A stretch of 64,000 nt of DNA from Anaeramoeba ignava BMAN (lineage: Eukaryota > Protista > Anaeramoebae). The notes under the pieces were generated by a model. The model was not told the origin of the DNA and made no database searches. It saw nothing but the letters and a program-made list of their open reading frames with translations. Positions 61,101 to 64,000 of the stretch are shown here, one piece after another. The stretch lies in assembly GCA_028826165.1 (NCBI GenBank), contig JAPDFW010000002.1, forward strand, positions 41,056-105,055, in the 5' to 3' direction. Position numbers and translations under genes: made by a program. Position 1 is the first letter of the stretch. Every line of letters begins with the position of its first letter.

Positions 61101-64000
61101 TACTTATTTCATGTTTTACACAAATACCTTTATTAATAATTGGCAATTTAGGTAAATTAATAACAAAAATAATAACAAAATAATTATTAAATTAAATTAT
61201 TTTTATTTTATTTTTATTTAAAACAAAAATAGAAATTTCAAAAAAATCTTTTCAATTCATTTTCAATTCATTTTTATCTTCTCAAAATAAAAATCAAAAT
61301 GAAAATTTAATTTCAAAACAATGGAACCTTCCACAAATAAAACAATTCGAAATTCAATGTTCGCAAATATTTACACAAGAATATCTTCAAAATCAATTCC
61401 AAAACATCAAACAACAAGAAGAAGAAGAAGAACAACAACAACAACAACAACAAATTATTCCAATAATAATTTTAAAAGATTTCACAAATTTATCAAAAGA
61501 AAATTTAATTATGATTCATTCAAAAACCAAAAAAATTATGAATAAAATGATTTATAATTCAAATTCAAATCCAAAATTTACATTAATTTTATTAACAAAT
61601 ACAAATACAAATTTTGAAATTTCAGGATTAACTTCAAGAAATTTATTATTATTATCAAATTTAAATAAAAATGATTTAGAAATTGTAACAAAAGAAATTA
61701 CAAAAACATTCTCTAAAAAAATACGAAGAAATTATCCTAATATTTTTGTTGAATTATTTTCTAAAATTTATCAAAATCAAAATGAAATAATTTCAAAACA
61801 ATTTAAAACAATTCTTCAAGAAAATCAACCACCATTAAATTTTTATGGAATTAAAGATTATCAATATTTCCTTAATAATATTGGATTTTATTATGGAAAT
61901 ACACAAAAGAAAACACAAATTGTAGATATTTGTTATGAATCTCTTTTTAGAAATTTTGGAATTAAATCAAAAATATTAAATCAAATTTTGGAAAATAGTA
62001 AAATTGAAGGATTTGAAAAACTTCCAGAATTCAATTCATTTCAATTAATAGAAGAAAATATTCAAGAATTATCAAAAGAAAATGAAATTCAAACATATTC
62101 AGATTTTATAAAAACATCAAGACATTTAATGATATTTATTCCAGATATTTCAATTTTTTCAATAATTTTACAATATTTTTCCAGAAATTCAATCATTTTA
62201 TTTGATTCAAATTCATTAATAAAATCAGAATCACAAATAGAAAATGAAAATCAAGAAATTAATAAAATATTAGATATTATTGAAAAATGTATTTATGAAG
62301 GAAAAATGTTAATTCTTCTTGATTATCAAAAAATTTATCCATTATTAGATGATTTATTTAATCAAAATTATATTAAAGAAAATGAAAAATTTTATACAAC
62401 AATTATTTTTGAAAATGAAATAAAAAAAATTGAAATGAATCCAAATTTCAGATTAATAATTATAACAACAAAAGCAATTAAATATGAATTTAATCAACCT
62501 AATTTATTAAATCAATTTGAAAAACAATTAATTGATATTTCTTCTTTTAATATTCCAAAAGAATCAATATCCAAAATATCCAAAATATTCAATTCAATCA
62601 AGCAATTTACTGAAAACAAAATTAAAAAAGAAGATTTAATTATTGAATTTAATCAAAACTCATTTTCTTCACTTATTCTTAAATATCAAAATGAAAAAGA
62701 TCAAGAAGAAAAAATCAAAAAGAAAATTATTCAATTTTTTAAATTTGAAAAAATGATTGAAATTAAAGAATTATTATCAAAAAAACAAATTCAAAAAGTT
62801 AATCAAATCAAAGAAGAATATTTTTCATCTATTTACAATAATTTTGAAGAACTTTTAAATGAAGAAATTTTAAAAAATGAAGTGAAAAAATCAATAATTT
62901 TTACAAGAGGATATAAAAGAGAAATTGGAAAAATTGAAGAAAAATATTCAGAATATTCATTTAAAATTTTAGATTTACAAAACAAAGATAAAATTATCAA
63001 AAAAGAAAATGAAGAATTAATTTCCAATATTCCAAAAGAAAAAAATATTTTAATTATTCATTTTAAACAAAATCAAATTGAATTATTTTATCAAATTAAA
63101 ATTTTAATTGAACAAATAATTTCTCAAAACAATAATCAAAACAAAATAGAGAACTCTTATATTATATTATTTATTCATTTATCTTTCACTTCAAATTCTA
63201 AATCATTTCCTTTTTATTTTGAAAAAAATTGGGAACATTATTATATTGAAGAAATTGAAACATTATTTAATCTTAAAAATTTACCTCAAAATCTTTTAGA
63301 ATCATTTGATTATTTACAAAAAAACAAACAAATAGAAAAACTAATAATAGAAAATTTAGGAATAATTCTTTCAAAAGAAAAAGATTTAACAAATGAAAAT
63401 TTCAAAAAAGAAAAAGAATTAATTGAAAAAAACCTTTTTAAGAATGAAGAAATGAAAGAACAAATTTTCCAAAAAATTAGAAAAATGATTGAATTATCAA
63501 TTAAATCAAAACATGAAAATTTTAAATGGGAAATTTTTGATATTTTACAAAATTTCAAACAAAAGAAAAAGAAAAAGAAATTTATAAGTATTTTATTTGA
63601 TAAAGTTAAAGAAGATTTAATTGAAATTTTTGATATATTTTTCCAAAATATAAATCAAAATGAAAATTTAACAATTTTATTAAATTCAAAAGATGAAAAA
63701 ATGAAAGAAATTTGGAATAATATATTTCAACAATTTGAAATTCCTTGTTATTCAATTTACAAAACAAAAACAATTAAACAAAAATTCCCATTTTCATCAA
63801 TAATTTATTCAATAATTCAACAAAATGAAACAATTTCTCAACAAAACAAAATTATTCCATTTATTGATTCATCTTTCAATGATGAAATTATTCAAAAAAC
63901 ATTTTCAACAAAAAAACCAAATGAAATTATTCAAAAATATTTAAAAGATTTTATCAAATTGGTTCTTAATTCAGAACAAGAAAATATTTTCCAAAAATTA
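55200..64000 (+). CDS. RNF213/mysterin-like giant AAA+ protein (N-terminal stalk and AAA ring; runs off the window end); catalytic motifs degenerate
   Basis: Collinear RNF213-like motifs: 'ENVLICDSISTKNDI', 'FTSKISGMGKT', 'LTSNNLMKLINIHYRLIAKLPVI', 'IYDFGNL', 'SLQDV', 'NLNENGLSILISCFTQIPLLIIG', 'IQCSQ', 'FYGIKDY', 'RNFG', 'SRHLMI', 'CIYEGKMLILL..LDDLFNQNY', 'NPNFRLIII', 'LLNQFEKQ'. Intron 61152-61232; frameshifts at ~56060, ~56310, ~58070, ~58850. Confidence 0.8.

Noticed and set aside
1-64000. TAA/TAG reassigned to Gln (as in hexamitids and ciliates), suggested by CAA/TAA interchange in repeats
   Set aside because: Conserved genes end at TAA/TAG at the expected C-termini (NUP93, TLDc), and multi-kb exons contain no in-frame TAA/TAG.
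1-64000. Inteins or homing endonucleases (reported as abundant in Anaeramoeba)
   Set aside because: No Hint block A/G motifs or LAGLIDADG-like insertion recognised in any translated gene; a Hint HMM scan would be needed to exclude them fully.
1-64000. tRNA, rRNA or snRNA genes
   Set aside because: None recognised; the intergenic DNA is too AT-rich and low-complexity to show such structures by eye.

Overview
Eukaryotic, very AT-rich (roughly 20-25% GC by eye), gene-dense protist DNA that uses the standard genetic code and has GT-AG spliceosomal introns. The NQ/NE hexamer repeats and the RCC1-BTB, BTB-TLDc and RNF213-like genes suggest an Anaeramoeba-like metamonad (inference, not verified). 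I reconstructed about 13 genes and 24 introns by hand, most of which the ORF track splits or misses. In order: PH-domain protein (partial), GC-rich beta-helix/Cys-rich multipass surface protein, double DH-PH RhoGEF, giant BEACH protein, NUP93, ATG18/WIPI, small coiled-coil protein, TMEM62, a 7TM-longin-SPRY-SPRY fusion, an ST7-like/TPR/RRM protein, and then an accessory block (RCC1-BTB, BTB-TLDc, a truncated RCC1-BTB and an RNF213-like giant) interleaved with ~143-170 bp minisatellites. Best candidates for new biology: (1) the 7TM receptor-like protein fused to a VAMP7-type longin domain and two SPRY domains; (2) an RNF213 homologue that has lost both catalytic AAA Walker motifs; (3) minimal splice signals, with long introns built from sense-strand A-rich hexamers; (4) minisatellite/microhomology-linked shuffling of BTB genes, with a possible TIR; (5) multimerised Inr-like TCATTT elements before start codons. 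Many single-base frameshifts fall in homopolymers and are most likely assembly errors. All domain calls are motif recognition by eye; no database search was run.
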